A stretch of 64,000 nucleotides of DNA from Octopus vulgaris (Eukaryota): NCBI GenBank assembly GCA_951406725.2, contig OX597819.1, positions 25,916,001 through 25,980,000 on the forward strand, read 5' to 3'. Below are positions 15,601-31,134 of this stretch, piece after piece. The notes beneath the pieces were generated by a model that saw only the letters and a list, made by a program, of their open reading frames with translations, did not search any database and was not told where the DNA came from. Made by a program: the position numbers and the translations under genes. Within the stretch, counting starts at the first letter, position 1, and each line of letters opens with the position of its first letter.

Positions 15601-16157
15601 TTATATTTATATTCTCTTTTTTTATATATATTCTACTTATTATACAACATTACTCTTTTATGTACACTGATTTGTTCTGCTTTTTTACAGTCTCTTATGT
15701 GGTGGTTTAATAAAGTATGTGATTGAGTAGTATCTGGTAATTGATATTTGATTTAGATGTATTTCTCCATTTTCTTATCTTGTATATATATATATATATA
15801 TATAACGGGAAGGTTCACGAAAATAAACAACAGACGAAAGCAGGTTTACGAAAATGAACAAAAGACGAAGGCAGCTGGAGTACAAACAAACGATTGTATT
15901 AGTATGGCGCTCAGGAATAGAAATAAAACAAGTCTTTTACGCTTCGAGCCTACGCTCTTCGACAGAAAGATACACAGAAAAGAAACAAGGAGAAAAAAAA
16001 ATTGCGCGTAGGAGCTAACGATCCAACATGGCGTTCTGTATATATATATATATAATGTACGTTCAGGTATTACTCATACATGTATAACATATCTATAAAT
16101 CAGAAAACGGAAAATGAATATAGCACAAATTTATTATCACTTACAATTGTTACTGTG
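15476..16157. repeat. Inverted duplication, arms 15476-15544 and 16089-16157
   Basis: cattttccgtcttctgatttatagatat vs atatctataaatcagaaaacggaaaatg. Confidence 0.85.
15805..16038 (-). mobile_element. (TA)n-embedded non-coding repeat with a degenerate minimal hammerhead-like motif (15933-15970); related fragment at 60361-60415
   Basis: Minus strand tcttt-CTGTCGA-A-GAGC gtag GCTC-GAAG-C-GTA-aaaga; the acgggaag..gaaaataaacaa.agacgaa.gcag head recurs at 60361. Confidence 0.6.
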
Positions 16158-16594
16158 CCAATCAGCTCCTAACACTGTTGCAGGTAAATATTACTATGCG
16201 CAAAGTGACGCATCGAGTGATGTCTTTTAACATGGCATGAAAGCAAATTTGCAGAGTGATTACAGTGTGGTTGAAAAAACGTCGTTGTTGTTGTTTCAAC
16301 TCACTGTGACCTAAATTCAACTCTTGCCTTGATGAATATCAACTTTCATCTGGTAAACATCAATAACAAAATACCAATCAAAAATTATATAGCATTTACA
16401 GCTATATAAGTGACTCATATGCGATGCAATGCAGTAACTTTTCGTTTGACAGTTAGAGTTCTAAGAACACAAAGTCTATAACGACATTCGTATCAGGTTT
16501 TCTTTGCCCCGAACTCGTAGCTTTCCTAAAAAAAAATTGCAAGGAAGAGCATCCTTCTGCAGAGACATGATACATATATACATATATAAATATT

Positions 16595-16756
<162 letters not shown>

Positions 16757-17189
16757 TATATATGTATGTATATATATTAGCGTTGCGTTCCGTTACATAA
16801 TAAATGGAATAATATATTGTAAACATACGACAGTAGAAACCGTACCACGTATATTGAGTGTACAACCGGAAGAGAGACAGAGACAGACACAGAAGATCCC
16901 CAATTTTTCATCAGTTATCAACCAGATGGTATTATTCAGTTTCGCACCTTCCGTAATAAGACCGAGAATCTCCCATGCTTGCGGTGCCCTCGACAGCTGA
17001 GGAAAATATAGGGCCGAGAGCAAACAAAATATTACGGACAGGCGAAAGCGAACAAATGTAATTTTAGACAATGGATAAAGACGAAGCAAAGAAGAAAAGA
17101 GCAAGATACAGCCTTACGGGCTGTTATATTGATTATCAAGTTTCATTAAAACTGATATGTTTTAATGAAACTTGATAGTTTCCATGGTT

Positions 17190-18330
17190 ATTTATGACAT
17201 CTTTCCATCTACTAGTAAGCTTTTTACTACCATTAGTAAAAAATCCTTCCGGTTTCCAAGAGAAGAACTCTGAAAGGTCAGTTTCGACTTTTTCAGATTC
17301 GAGAGGTAATCATTCCAAATGATTCTGGAAACAAGGAAACAAATCGTAAACTCAAGCAAGGTGTGGGGAATATGGCGGATGAGCAATTTTCTTCCAGTCG
17401 AGATTTTCAATCTTCTGTGATGTGATCTTTACAGTCTGGGTGTCTTGCATTTTCCTGGCTATTTTTCATTCATAGCAGCGTTCAAATGCTCCAATTATTG
17501 ACAGTAGATCTGAGTATTGATTGTTGCATTAGTTGGTAGCAACTCAACGTAGCTGACTCCTTTGCAATCTCACCAAACAGAGAGAAGAACCTTCGCATGG
17601 AGTTTTCTTTTCGGTTGTGGGTGAGCCTCTTCCCCTTTACCAAGACAATGTCTGCGACGCTTAACATTTTGATAGAAGATCCATATTTCATCGGCGGTCA
17701 CCAGTCAGTCAAAAAAGAATGAGTTGAATTCACGAGAACGAAGAGGAGGACTGGTGTTCACTCGGAACTTGTGGTTGGCTTCGGACACATCATGAGGCAC
17801 CTATTTTCCGAGTTTTAAGACCATCCCAAGCTGTTGAAGATGGCGGTGAACATTTGTGTTGCTTGAACGAAGCTTACTTGCCTATTCTTTAATAGACACT
17901 GCATGATCGTTTTCAAGTTCTGCCAAAAGGAGCTTGCCATCAAACTCAGTGGGACGTCCTGTTAGGGTCTCGTCTTTAAGACTGAAATCTCCACTTCTGA
18001 ATTTTACAAACCATCTTCCGCAAATTCTTTCAGTCAGGCATTCATCGCCTAAAGCTGAATACATATTTGGAGTCGCTTCTGCAGCAGAATTATCTTTTTA
18101 AAATTCATAAAGCATTACGTGCCTCAAACGCTCCTTCGACATTTCCATGTTTGAAGAATTGTAATTAGTGAAATTTCAATTAGATTATCCCCAAAAATGA
18201 AATTTAATTAGTTTCAATATGTCCAAATACATATGAATATTACTTGATGCCATTAAACATTCTAAAATACTGTTAAAGCGTTTACAAATTGGAAAATATA
18301 GAAGTCCGGACATTACTTATGGGATGACCT
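17190..18330 (-). mobile_element. Decayed near-full-length mariner transposon
   Basis: TIR-like end aggtcatcccataagtaatgtccg; MSKERLRHVMLYEF.. ICGRWFVKFRSGDFSLKDETLTGRP (HTH linker), KLGK*VPH, TADEIWIFY (first catalytic D), KVLLSVW*DCKG; multiple stops and frameshifts. Confidence 0.9.
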
Positions 18331-18595
18331 CACACCCACACATACTGAAAACTCCCCTCACACACACACACACGCACGCAGAGACAGACAGACAGATAGA
18401 TAGACACTTACATACGAGGTGGATACTTAATTAGCACTGAGTTGTAATCCGGATTCAGGCTGACCGCATCGAGTAGTAAGGAAATCCTAGAGTTACTGAG
18501 ATTGAGGAATTCCACAGTAATTCGTCCAATAGTTAAATCCTGGTTTCGTTTCACCGGATTATATATATCTACACTTTGAGACGGATTCAGTTTAT

Positions 18596-18661
<66 letters not shown>

Positions 18662-18665
<4 letters not shown>

Positions 18666-18878
18666 ACTACCGACAAGGGGCTAAAGGCAGAGGGAACAAA
18701 CAAGGACAGACAAACGGATTAAGTCGATTACATCGATCCCAGTGCGTAACTGGTACTTAATTTATCGAGATGAAAGGCAAAGTCGACCTCGGCGGAATTT
18801 GAACTCAGAACGTAGCGGCAGTCGAAATACGGCTACGCATTTCGCCCGGCGTGCTAACGTTTCTGCCAGCTCACCGCC
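18662..18878 (-). mobile_element. tRNA-derived SINE, family A
   Basis: Reverse complement of the 40703 copy (ggaatttgaactcagaacg..gtgctaacgtttctgccagctcaccgcc). Confidence 0.92.
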
Positions 18879-18886
18879 TTTCACAT

Positions 18887-20024
<1,138 letters not shown>

Positions 20025-20614
20025 TTTCCGGTTGACGTGTTCGACAACATACAATGACTTAATAGATTTTATTGTAGGTATTCATGAATAACAAGTAGTT
20101 TGCATCACAGTACAACCCTCATTGAGACTATCATTGTCATTTGTAACTGGGAATTTTTTCTCAGTATTAAATCGATATTTGATAATATTACGTTTTACAA
20201 AGACTCTAAATATTAGAGAATTTCATGAAAAATCGATTGCTATGTTTCTCTATATTTAGATAATAGGACATATTTAGGTTTTTAACAAAGAAAAGTAATT
20301 TAAATAGTTGATAATACTTGACATTTTAAACACTGGTTAGTCATTGTATAATGAATCCTACAACATAGATCCCACAATAAGTCATTTATAACTTTGTTTT
20401 ATGAACAACATATACTGTGCTCTTTTCAATTAAGAAATTGTTTATGAAAAGTCATATACAGTTGATAAATTGAATTCACAGATAGATTGAACTAACAGTA
20501 AAATGAATTTTGATATTTTCTTGTATATACGAGAACATTTAAAGCTATTAAAATGAGTGGGCAATTGTGAACTAAAACCAAAATTTAAAACTCTTCATTA
20601 GCTTTCTCCCCTAA

Positions 20615-20919
20615 CGGCGGAATTTGAACTCAGAACGTAACGGCAGACGAAATACCGCTAAGCATTTCGCCCGGCGTGCTAACGTTTCTTACTTCTTTAT
20701 TGCCCACAATAGGCTAAACATAGACGGGGCAAACAAAGACATAGAAAGGGATTAAGTCAATTACATCGACCGAAGTGCGTAACTGGTAAATAATTCATCA
20801 ACCTCGAAAAGATGAAAGGCAAAGTTGACCTCGGCAGAATTTGATCTCAGACGAAACGGCAGACGAAATACCGATAAGCATTTCGCCTGTCGTGCTAACG
20901 TATCTGCCAGCTCGCCGCC
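20615..20919 (-). mobile_element. Two adjacent family-A SINE copies (partial 20615-20690, full 20691-20919)
   Basis: Repeated ggaatttgaactcagaacgtaacggcagacgaaataccg..agcatttcgcc segments. Confidence 0.88.
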
Positions 20920-21571
20920 TTTGTATCTTATATTATACAACGGATGGAGAAGTGGCTGAAATGAAACAGCATCAAATTAAAGTGCCCTGTGGTATTTAAA
21001 TTGGGATTCAAATTGCACCGAGGTAAACTTTCACCTTGTACCTATGTCATATCGTTCCTCCATATTCGGTAGGATGATATGCCATATATGTTTGAAGTTC
21101 TTATGTATATATCATAAAGCTTTGCCGGAGGTCATTTCACATTTGTGATCGAAAAAAAGTTCTTTGTTTTCCAACAAAATTAAACACTGTATAGTAAACA
21201 ACACACTCATAACTTGGAAATTCAGAAATAACTTTGTTTAATCATTTGTTAATATGATAATTTAAGATATGATAATTATTGTTAACTTCATTAAATTACC
21301 CTCTCCATACAAATTGTTGATATCATGATTTTTCAATCTGAAATGTTTGTTAAAAGCGTGTGATAAATTTAACAACAAACTAATAAATACATTAAATTAA
21401 ATACATTTCAATAGCCATACTTTTGACACTTAATCATGTAAAATTCCGCAAACTTAAATCAATCAAATTTAATTGAAACCATTAAGCATTAATTGCTTAT
21501 TAATATTACGAAATATAAAGGATAGTGAAACAATCTGCAATATCATATCATATTGTATATACATACATGCA

Positions 21572-21612
<41 letters not shown>

Positions 21613-23929
21613 CAAAATAGTTTTAGACGAATCTGCAATCTATAAATACAAAACGCCATTTTGATTATTAACAATGCAGTAAGTTTTCTTCTTGAGTAGC
21701 AATAATTGTCTTTCTCACTTAACGACAGTTTAATTGCAAAGTTTAGCTGATAATACACACGCAGATAAAATTTGAGTATTATTCTGCAAAACACCAAAGT
21801 ACATCAATTTTACTAAGAAATACAAATATAGTAAGTTAATACCGGCAGTTTAAAACGTAACATTTTTAACGTTGAAGATGTTAGTACGAGTTCAGTGACG
21901 TATTAATTTTTTTTCATACAGTCCCCATATAGTACACCTGATCCAAATACACTTATATTTTTCTTTACAACATTTCTTTTATTTGTACCATAAGGAATAT
22001 TTCGCAGTAGTTTAATGTGATACTTGAGTATAGTTTGACATCACATTCACTCATTATTTGCTTTAGAAACTTATTTTTTCAATCAAATTATAAACTATAT
22101 GCCATCATTTTGTGGTATGATATTTGAAAATTTAATAATCAATATATCTATACATACCTTTCAATTACATTTCAATTTATTTCTTAAAATTTGTATTTAT
22201 TTTTGAGCTATATACACACCAGATAAATATTTATTCAATAAACTCAGACACATTAGCTTGTGTTCTTTGTAATAAACCTGCTTTCATTTGAAAGGAAGTA
22301 CATAATTCATCTGTAATGACGCAATGTTTTCTGATATTTTAATGTAATCAACATTTATAAAAATTGGACTTTATAAAATTATTTACACATCAAATATGCT
22401 TGAAAACAATTTGTTTTCTCCGTCTATCATTTCCCTGACATTTTCAAGAAAATTATTATTGATTTTTTAAAAACATTATCTTTGGGTAGCTTGAATAATA
22501 TAAGAATTGTTCAATTTTCAACTTAAAATTAATTATTTCAAACGATATTTTTAGGTTGGAAAACAATATTTTCTAATTATATAAAGTGAATATTTAAATA
22601 AGCAACACTCAGTATTATAGAAGTGACAAATATGTATAAATAATAATTTTATGTATTCTGTTTAAGAAAAGTTTGTTTCAACAAAATAAAATAATTTCAT
22701 TATATAGCTAACATAGGTTGCATATTTGCTCTCATATGTAATGGTGTTTAATGGTGAAATAGGTTGACGAACATATAATGCTACCGTAATAACATTCGTT
22801 TAACAATTTATATAAATAAATATCAGAGGTGTTCTTGTCAGGCAAATAATATGATTTGAGCCTGGATGCAGAAACTTAAATGATTTTAGCGTGCAAAACC
22901 CTTCATAGACACTGAAAATATACAAAGACCGTTAATCGATTTGGAGTAAATTCTATTTATTTCTTTTATTTACATGTCAAAATTTTCGCTGCTCAAACTG
23001 TGACCTGATCACTGACATGCTTTTACTGAAAATCAGTAAAACCATTCCCGTGATCAGTTCTCTGTTCGTACGACGAAATATTTGTCACTTAATACTAAAC
23101 GTTAAATTGACCTAGCAGTCTGTGCGTTTTAAATGCTAGAATATCACTTCCGAGCTTCAAACTTTATAAATAAATAGTGAAGAATAATTATAGGTAGATC
23201 AATATCCGCCATTCAATAGCCGAAAACACTTCAGATATTAAACCACGCTTACTGACGATCTCTCCTGGCAATTGTACATCCTCAATTGGAAGTTCAACAA
23301 ATCTCAAGTGAGACTTACAGTTAAGTAATGCACACAAATTTGGCACGCTGCTGCTCAGTCATGCAGATTTCCTTAATAATGAGTCCCTCCCCCACCTAAT
23401 TAGTATGACACATCAACATATCGTGAACTTCGACTCGTGTTCCTTGTGTACCCTGCCTATTTCTACCTTTAATATAGCGATTTCTTTTCCACACAAATAG
23501 TTCCATGACGTCGCCTTTCAAACTTTTCTGATTCACATGATTTTTAATGTTTTCTATAAGGATTACCATAAGTTAATTATATGCTCTAAAATGTTTGAAA
23601 ATGAAGAGTTCATAACTATCGATTTGAATAAATTTTATACAAGTATAGTAAAATAATTGTTAAAGCAAGTACAGTAAAAATTTATTTGACTTAAACTTTA
23701 CATAACACTCTGGAATTAACTATCGATTTGAATAACTGTTTTCGATAAAGCTACAGTATTTTATACAGTTTCCTATAGTTATACGAATTATATTTGTGCC
23801 GAATTTTAAAATCAATTTGTAAAATTGCGAGGAATACTTAAAGTTTAATGCGTTTTCAGAGAATAAATATTTATATTAGTTTCGATGAGGGAACAGGGAA
23901 ATTTTTTGAACGAAGTCACGATATAATCT

Positions 23930-24301
23930 TTTAACTTGTTTCAGTCATTTGACTGCGCTCATGCTGGAGCTCCGCCTTTAGTCTAGCAAATCGACCCCAG
24001 GACTAAATTCAATCGGTCTCCCTTTGCCGAACCGCTAGTTATGGGGACGTAATCACACCAGCATCGGTTGTCAAGCGATGTTGGGGAGGGAAAAACACAG
24101 ACACACAAACACATATATATATATATATATATACACATATGTACGACGGGTTTCTTTCAGTTTCCGTCTACTAAATCCACTCACAAACTTTGGTCGGCCT
24201 GCGGCTCTAGTAGAAGACACTCGCCCAAGGTGCCACGCAGTGGGACTGAACCCAGAACCATGTGGTTCGCAAGCAAGCTACTTACCACGCAGCTACTGCT
24301 G
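23930..24301 (-). mobile_element. tRNA-derived SINE, family B (internal CA/TA microsatellite)
   Basis: Reverse-complement match to 45176-45583 (ccaaggtgccacgcagtgggactgaaccc). Confidence 0.9.
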
Positions 24302-27077
24302 CACCACATGCTAAATGGATAGTGATACTAAGTAGAATATTGGGAAAAAAGGACGTTCTGATTGTTTTACATCTTATTTGACATTTTCTTCATTGCAATG
24401 CTGCCTTCGAGTAAAGAAGGTAGTATTGTGTAATATTGTAATATTAATGAGAATTTTAATATGGGAAACCTCACAAATTATGTTGGCACATTTTAAAACG
24501 ACAGACAGCTAATTATCATGCTGTCGTTGAACATCATAAAATTAATTTCAAAGGTCAGAATGACATAAATGTCAGAACCACACATTAAATAGTTTGCAAA
24601 TGTGCAATTTGGCTAATGCCTTAGCTGAGTTAGGCATTACTGGATTGGTGCAATTTCCATTACCGAGAACATCAGTAATAATTGTTTATAACAACGATAA
24701 AATCTCACAAATTTGGATACTAGAGAATATCAATCTCAGAGCTTGACAGGTGTTTTATTTTATCAACTGCGTTATGATAAAACTCAAGTTGACTTCGTCA
24801 GATTTGAAGTACGGTCGTAGAAAGCCGGAATAAATACTGCAAACTATTTTGCTCGCTAATGTAGCGATTTTTGCCGATCAACCAGCCCATCAACATCAAT
24901 AGTGAAGATTTCTAACAATAGCCCATTGCAAGTTGATATAATAGATTGCATCGATTCAGTAATTGATTATATTGATTGTGTAACTATTGCATTTTATTAA
25001 ACCGGGGAAGATGACATGCAAAGATGTCGTAAGGGTAATTCGTACTCAAGGCACAAAAACATGCAACTAAATTCAGCAAGAAACAGTAACATTTCTAGTT
25101 ATCCACCGCGAAAAGTTCATTAAAAATTGGTTTTTTGTTGTGTTTTGTTTTTTTTAATTTAGCCACAATGCCTGCAATATAGAGGGGACATTTTTGTCGA
25201 TTCAATCACAAGTAGGACTTGACTAGTGCTTATAATTGACTTTATTTTATCCATTTTAGTAGGAGGAAAAGTACAGTTTGACCAGGTGCATTTGAAACTT
25301 AGAATATAAACTTTGAAACTAAATACTCCAACATAGTTTTCCAACGTCCTACCAATTCTCTCGTTCACAGCCCCGAAACATCACACATGTATTGATTTTA
25401 GTCAGATGTTGGTATATTTTCTACCATCAACAGTCAGTACGCGACCGGTACGGTGCCACGTCGACTCCGAAAAAATGAAAAGCCAAGTTGACTTCAGTGA
25501 GAATTAATCCCATACAGTAAAAGACACGGACCAAATACCACAAAGCATCTTCTCCGGCGTGCTAACGATTCTACAGCTTCACTAATACTGATAAGTGCTT
25601 TGTGAACTTTCACTGATGCAACAGAACATATTTTCAAAAAGGATGGTTTCTGCCATACATATTCATCACAGATGCCCCAACGAATCACAAAAAACACAAC
25701 TGTCGCAATAACACTATATATTTTTACAGGCTAAGTAGAATGTATTGTTCGGTATCAAATTGTGAGACGCTTGAGTTTCAAAAATTACCATATCAACCAT
25801 GCACAATTAAGAAAATATATTTTTCTTTTTAGGGATTTAAAATTACAATGTTTTGCATCACAAATAAACGATGAACTTAATGAGTTTCAATTATTTTTCA
25901 ATGTTTCGAACGCCTTTTTCCTCTATTTTTAAGTAGGATATCTTAACCGCTATACACGAAACAAAATTAACACTTTGGTGTTATTCATCAGGGTCGGAAA
26001 ATATTTGGAATTGCAAAACACATCTGACTGCATTGCCGGTGCTATTAACGGGAGCTGAACAACCTGTAATGTATCATTAGGTGAAATTTTAACAAAGAAC
26101 AGGAGAATCATGAATTACACAGTTAATTGGTACCTTCATTAGATATAGTATAGCTTTAAGAAATGAAACGTATCAGTAAATATTATGATCTCTTTATCGC
26201 GAGTAAGAGTTCAAAAATTGTAAAAGAAATCAATAAATGGAGACATATAAATTGCATTGAGCAACCTGAGGCCAGATCACAATTTACGCGTTGACCCTAT
26301 CTCAGAAGTGATTATGTACTTTTACAAACGCTTCGTGAAATATCTATACACTTTAAAAATAAATATTTGGTATAATTTTGTTTGGGTTCAGAAGTGGTTA
26401 TTTCAAATAAAACGGAGACATAATTAAAGGTGCTGAAAATATTCATACTTTCGTTCAACACAAATTGAACTCTTCATAGTTCTTCCAAAATTCAAGAAGA
26501 ATTGTCAACAATGCTACTCCATTCTTTCTAATTCGTTAAAACAATTTAAATACAATTTGATAAAAAGAACTATGTATATTTATTCTTGTTGGTTTGTAAC
26601 CTTCATTGATAGTGGCAGACATTATCATTCCATTCATTAATTCTTTTGTTGCTAACATAATTTTTATAAAATTGAGTTCAAATTGGTAGCGCTGATAATA
26701 TCAATGCGAGTTATACTTAAAAAAATATTCCATACAGTTATATATCTTAGGACGGCATATTTAATTGTCTCGAACATATTTGAGAATTCTATGATATTCA
26801 ATAAATTATTGATTATCTAAACAAAATTCAATTTATGGGGGAAAAGTTTGAAACTAGTCAGAGAATATGTAAGAGGTTGATTGAAATTCTCTGTTAGAGA
26901 AAAATTTACGAAATGTTTTACAGCGAATATTTGTTAGATAGACACAAATTTGAGATAAAACAAAACATATTTTTCTAACAAAGATAATCAATTTTGAATC
27001 TGCTGACCGACTTACGATTTATGCGTACACACATATAGACAAACATATACACACACAAAAAACATTCGCACATATAT

Positions 27078-27129
<52 letters not shown>

Positions 27130-27176
27130 CAAAAAGGAGATGACAAGGGAATAAATTATTTTCTCAGAACTGCATT

Positions 27177-27257
27177 AGCTTACAGTTGTTTCCACACTAA
27201 GAAGCGGTGCTGTCAAAGCAGAGTGCCTGACTAATGCCTGACAGTTTCATCAGAGCC
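27177..27257 (-). ncRNA. Type I hammerhead ribozyme-like motif with extended stem II, in a (TA)n-flanked element (~27130-27492)
   Basis: Minus strand ggct-CTGATGA-[aactgtca...tgacagc...gtg]-GAAAC-aact-GTA-agct; stem I ggct/agct, intact core; base of stem II poorly paired. Confidence 0.55.
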
Positions 27258-27489
27258 TTACCACTGAGTCAGTGAACAGAAAATGGAAGAAAATGCACAA
27301 GAGAATGTTATGACAAATATTGAATTAGCTCAAAGCTTAAAGGAAAAAGAATGAGCAGGAAGTCAACATCTCAGATGTTAATCCTTTACCGGAATAAAAA
27401 ATTGACGAAAAGCATAGGAGAGATGGGGAATGAAAGAGGAAGAAACAACACAACGGGCAGAGGCTTATGAGCCAGGCGGGAATACAGTT

Positions 27490-27601
<112 letters not shown>

Positions 27602-28040
27602 GCGTGTGTGTGTGTGTCTGTGTGTGTGTATGTATAGTGAGCAGAAAATCAACAAACAAATTGACTATCCATTTGTCAAATGTAGCACATCCGATCTTGT
27701 ACATGGAGCTTCATAAGAGTGGATACAAATACCTGAAATAAAAGACGAGAAGAGGGAGGAGGAAAGAACATGGCCTCGAGATGTTCTCGAGAGTGCATTT
27801 ACCTTCAAATTATAATGCTAAATCTAACCTCTTAAATATCCAGCATAGTACCAAGTGGTGGTTATACTAGACGAACAAGTAAATGTCTAAATCTTCCTCA
27901 GTACATTCTGCTTATTAGACATATGAGAAGTCGAAAGCTCAAAACCCCAAAATAGTTAAATGATCACAAGTGAAGCCTTCACTTGCCAATTACTAACATG
28001 GTTACAAATTCAGTGTCCTACTATAGTTTACTTAATACTA

Positions 28041-28087
<47 letters not shown>

Positions 28088-28493
28088 GAGCTATAAAATG
28101 TGCAATAAATGTGGTTGGCGACATTGTTTTAGAATCATTAAACGATTCGATAAAATGATCATCATGAAAGTGATAGTTATGTTTCCTTTTTAGTAAATCG
28201 TTCGTTGAATATCGATAAATATATAAATAAACCACAAAATACATCAATTTCATAGAGAATAGTTAGAAATCAATTTACACAATTAGCAAAGCATTCTGAA
28301 CTTAGCAGTCTCAAAAGAATGGAAAGACATTTCTCCTTGTTAGGTAAAAGATAAAAACATATGAAAAATTAATCAAGCTCAATACGCTACTTGTGGGTAT
28401 TTCATAAACTACCCCGGTTTTTGATTTATCCACAATGAGGTTCGTCATTAGACAAGTGCCACACTCGTGTGTGTGTATATATATATGTATGAT

Positions 28494-28680
28494 TTGTTGT
28501 TTACAACTTCTTCCCAACGTTCAACAAGATTTTCAATACCTCGTTGGTAGAAATCACCCGATTTCGACTCGAACAACTGATGCAACCAAGCTCCTAATTC
28601 TGCATCAGTATAGAACGAAACTCCGCGCATTGCATCATTTGATAGAGATCGAAAGAGGTGGAAATCCGTTGGTGCCAAAT
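28494..28680 (-). mobile_element. Mariner transposase C-terminal fragment, close copy of 30455-30637
   Basis: LAPTDFHLFRSLSN...FYQRGIENLVERWEEVVNNK; no TIR; flanked by TA/GT repeats. Confidence 0.88.
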
Positions 28681-29649
28681 ATGTGAGTGTGCGTGTGTGT
28701 GCATACATTAAATTCATAGTAAGTTTGAAGTTATACTGGTGACTGGTTTGTAAAAGTAAGTATATTCTCAAGCCTTTTGTATACTTCCAGTCGATATTTG
28801 ATTTTTGATATACAATTATACATCAAAACCATACACATAAACATACATAGTCACAAATACATACAGATGCATTTTTGTGTGTCTTTATCTCAGTTTATAC
28901 TCATATTTCCAGTATACCATTAGTTTTATGTTTTTTATAAGCGTTGAGTAGATTTAGAATACAATGGTAGACAAAATATTAGATCGAATATACAGTAGTT
29001 TCGACACAGTAAGTGTTTTGCAGATAAGTTAATTGACTATGAATTAACTGACTCCAATTTCCATGAGTAAGCAGAGAAATATTGTATGCTGATTCGGAAC
29101 GAATCAATTACTATCAAGTCTTTGTTCTACCTTCGAAATGTACCATGGGAAATATATATAATTTCCATTTCATGAGTCCATTTTTATTTGATCGGCAAAT
29201 GTAAGAAAGAAAATACAGTTGAATATACGTATGATTAATGTTCCTATATCTTTAGCGAATTTATGCAGAACAAATTTTGAGCAAAATCAAAAAGGAAACT
29301 AAGAATTACAAAAAAAGAATTATCTTACCAAATATATTCCATAAATTTGCTATACATGAACACACATTTATTTATTCGGTGATACAGGTCATAAAGTTAA
29401 CATCTAGTGTAGTCTGTAATGCACACGTAAAAACGGTGAAGCTTAGCATTCATAGGAAATGAACAAAACATGTCTAATATTATTTGGACGTTCCTTGTTA
29501 TGTTTTCCACGTGACACTTGTGGTTGTTGAGATCAAATACTCTCGGCATTCACTACATATCCAGGCTCATAAAAAAAATCAGAAATAGAAAAATTTTTTA
29601 CCTCCCAAAATATGCCATAAAACATCAGAAAGCCAACATTCAGCAGCTG

Positions 29650-29703
29650 CTACTGCTACTGCTGAGGATGACAAGGCTACTCCTCCTCCGCCTCTTCCTC
29701 CAT

Positions 29704-29782
<79 letters not shown>

Positions 29783-29787
29783 TACTA
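29650..29787. repeat. (CTA)n microsatellite; also 30871-30933
   Basis: Direct sequence. Confidence 0.9.
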
Positions 29788-29829
29788 AAACAGCAACAAC
29801 AACATAATAACAATAATAACCTAATAACC

Positions 29830-30029
29830 GTTCTACTGTTGGCACAAGGCCTGGAGAGGGGGATAATCGATCACATCAACCCCAATACCCAACTGGTACT
29901 TATTCTATCACGTCGTAAAAAAGAGAGGCAAAGTCGACCTCGACAGAATTTAAACTCAGAGCGTAAAGACAGGCAAAATGTCGCTAAGTATTTTCCCTGG
30001 CGTGCTAACGATTCTACTAGCTCGCCGCC
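29830..30029 (-). mobile_element. tRNA-derived SINE, family A (diverged)
   Basis: ggcaaagtcgacctcgacagaatttaaactcagagcgtaa..gtgctaacgattctactagctcgccgcc. Confidence 0.8.
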
Positions 30030-30123
30030 TTTCTAATGGTAGTAATGATAACAATAATAACAATCATTATAATAATAATCATCAGAAATTCAAATATTCA
30101 ACGATGTGAACATCGCTATATAT

Positions 30124-30156
<33 letters not shown>

Positions 30157-30353
30157 CATAATTTTTTTTCTATCAGTAATTAAATAGAGAACAAGGTGAA
30201 CTGGTTCTTTTCAAGACCAAGGTCAGCGCTGTCATTGATCGCTAGTAGTAATAAATATATTTGACCTCTGCTGACCCCAAGCATGTGAGGCCTCTTTTGT
30301 TTCCTTATCGCGCAGGAATGTCCACTGCTGATCTCCTTACCATCTGCCGAATG

Positions 30354-30870
30354 TATTGGGTTGGCAACTAAGTTCCCGCCGTTTTTTTAAATTAAAATTT
30401 TTTAAAAGGTTTAATAAAAAATTACAACAAATTAATCAATAATGTATTCATCCTTGTTGTTTACAACTTCTTCCCAACGTTCAACAAGATTTTCAATACC
30501 TCGTTGGTAGAAATCACCAGATTTCGACTCGAAAAACTGATCCAACCAAGCTCACAATTCTGCATTAGTATTGAACGAAACTCCGTGCATTGCATTTGAT
30601 AGAGATCGAAAGAGGTGGAAATCCGTTGGTGCCAAATCAGGAGAGTACGGCGGGTGTGGCAGCGCTTTCCAGCTATGCGTTTGAATAGCTTCCTTGGTCG
30701 TATCGGTGATATGAGGGAGGGCGTTGTCTTGCAGCAGAAAAAATCCATGCTGCCGATTAGGTATTTTCTCTTGAATAGCCTTGTTGAGTCGTTCCATCGT
30801 TTGAAAAAGAGTTCCGTATTGACCACTTAGTTCCGTTCAAGCAATTCGTAATGGCTAATCCCTTCCCAGT
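30354..30870 (-). mobile_element. 3' half of a mariner transposon (mellifera-like TIR), truncated at a (CTA)n tract
   Basis: TIR tattgggttggcaactaagttcccgccg at 30354; LLQDNALPH...HPPYSPDLAPTDFHLFRSL (DD34D second and third Asp region). Confidence 0.92.
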
Positions 30871-30933
<63 letters not shown>

Positions 30934-31134
30934 TGACGTTGACGACATACGGCGGCAGCTATGCGGCATATAATGCGACAACGACGACAACGAATAATTA
31001 TAATAATAACAATGACATTTTCTGCTATAAGCACAAGGCCTAAAATTTTGTCAACTACATCGACACCATCGTTCAACTCGTACTTATTTCGTGGATATCA
31101 AGGAATGAAAGGTAAAGTCAACTTCGACTGGCTC

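Noticed and set aside
24068-24322. Recurrent similar ORFs (also 45099-45410, 61787-62068) resembling a small gene family
   Set aside because: Antisense translations of family-B SINE copies.
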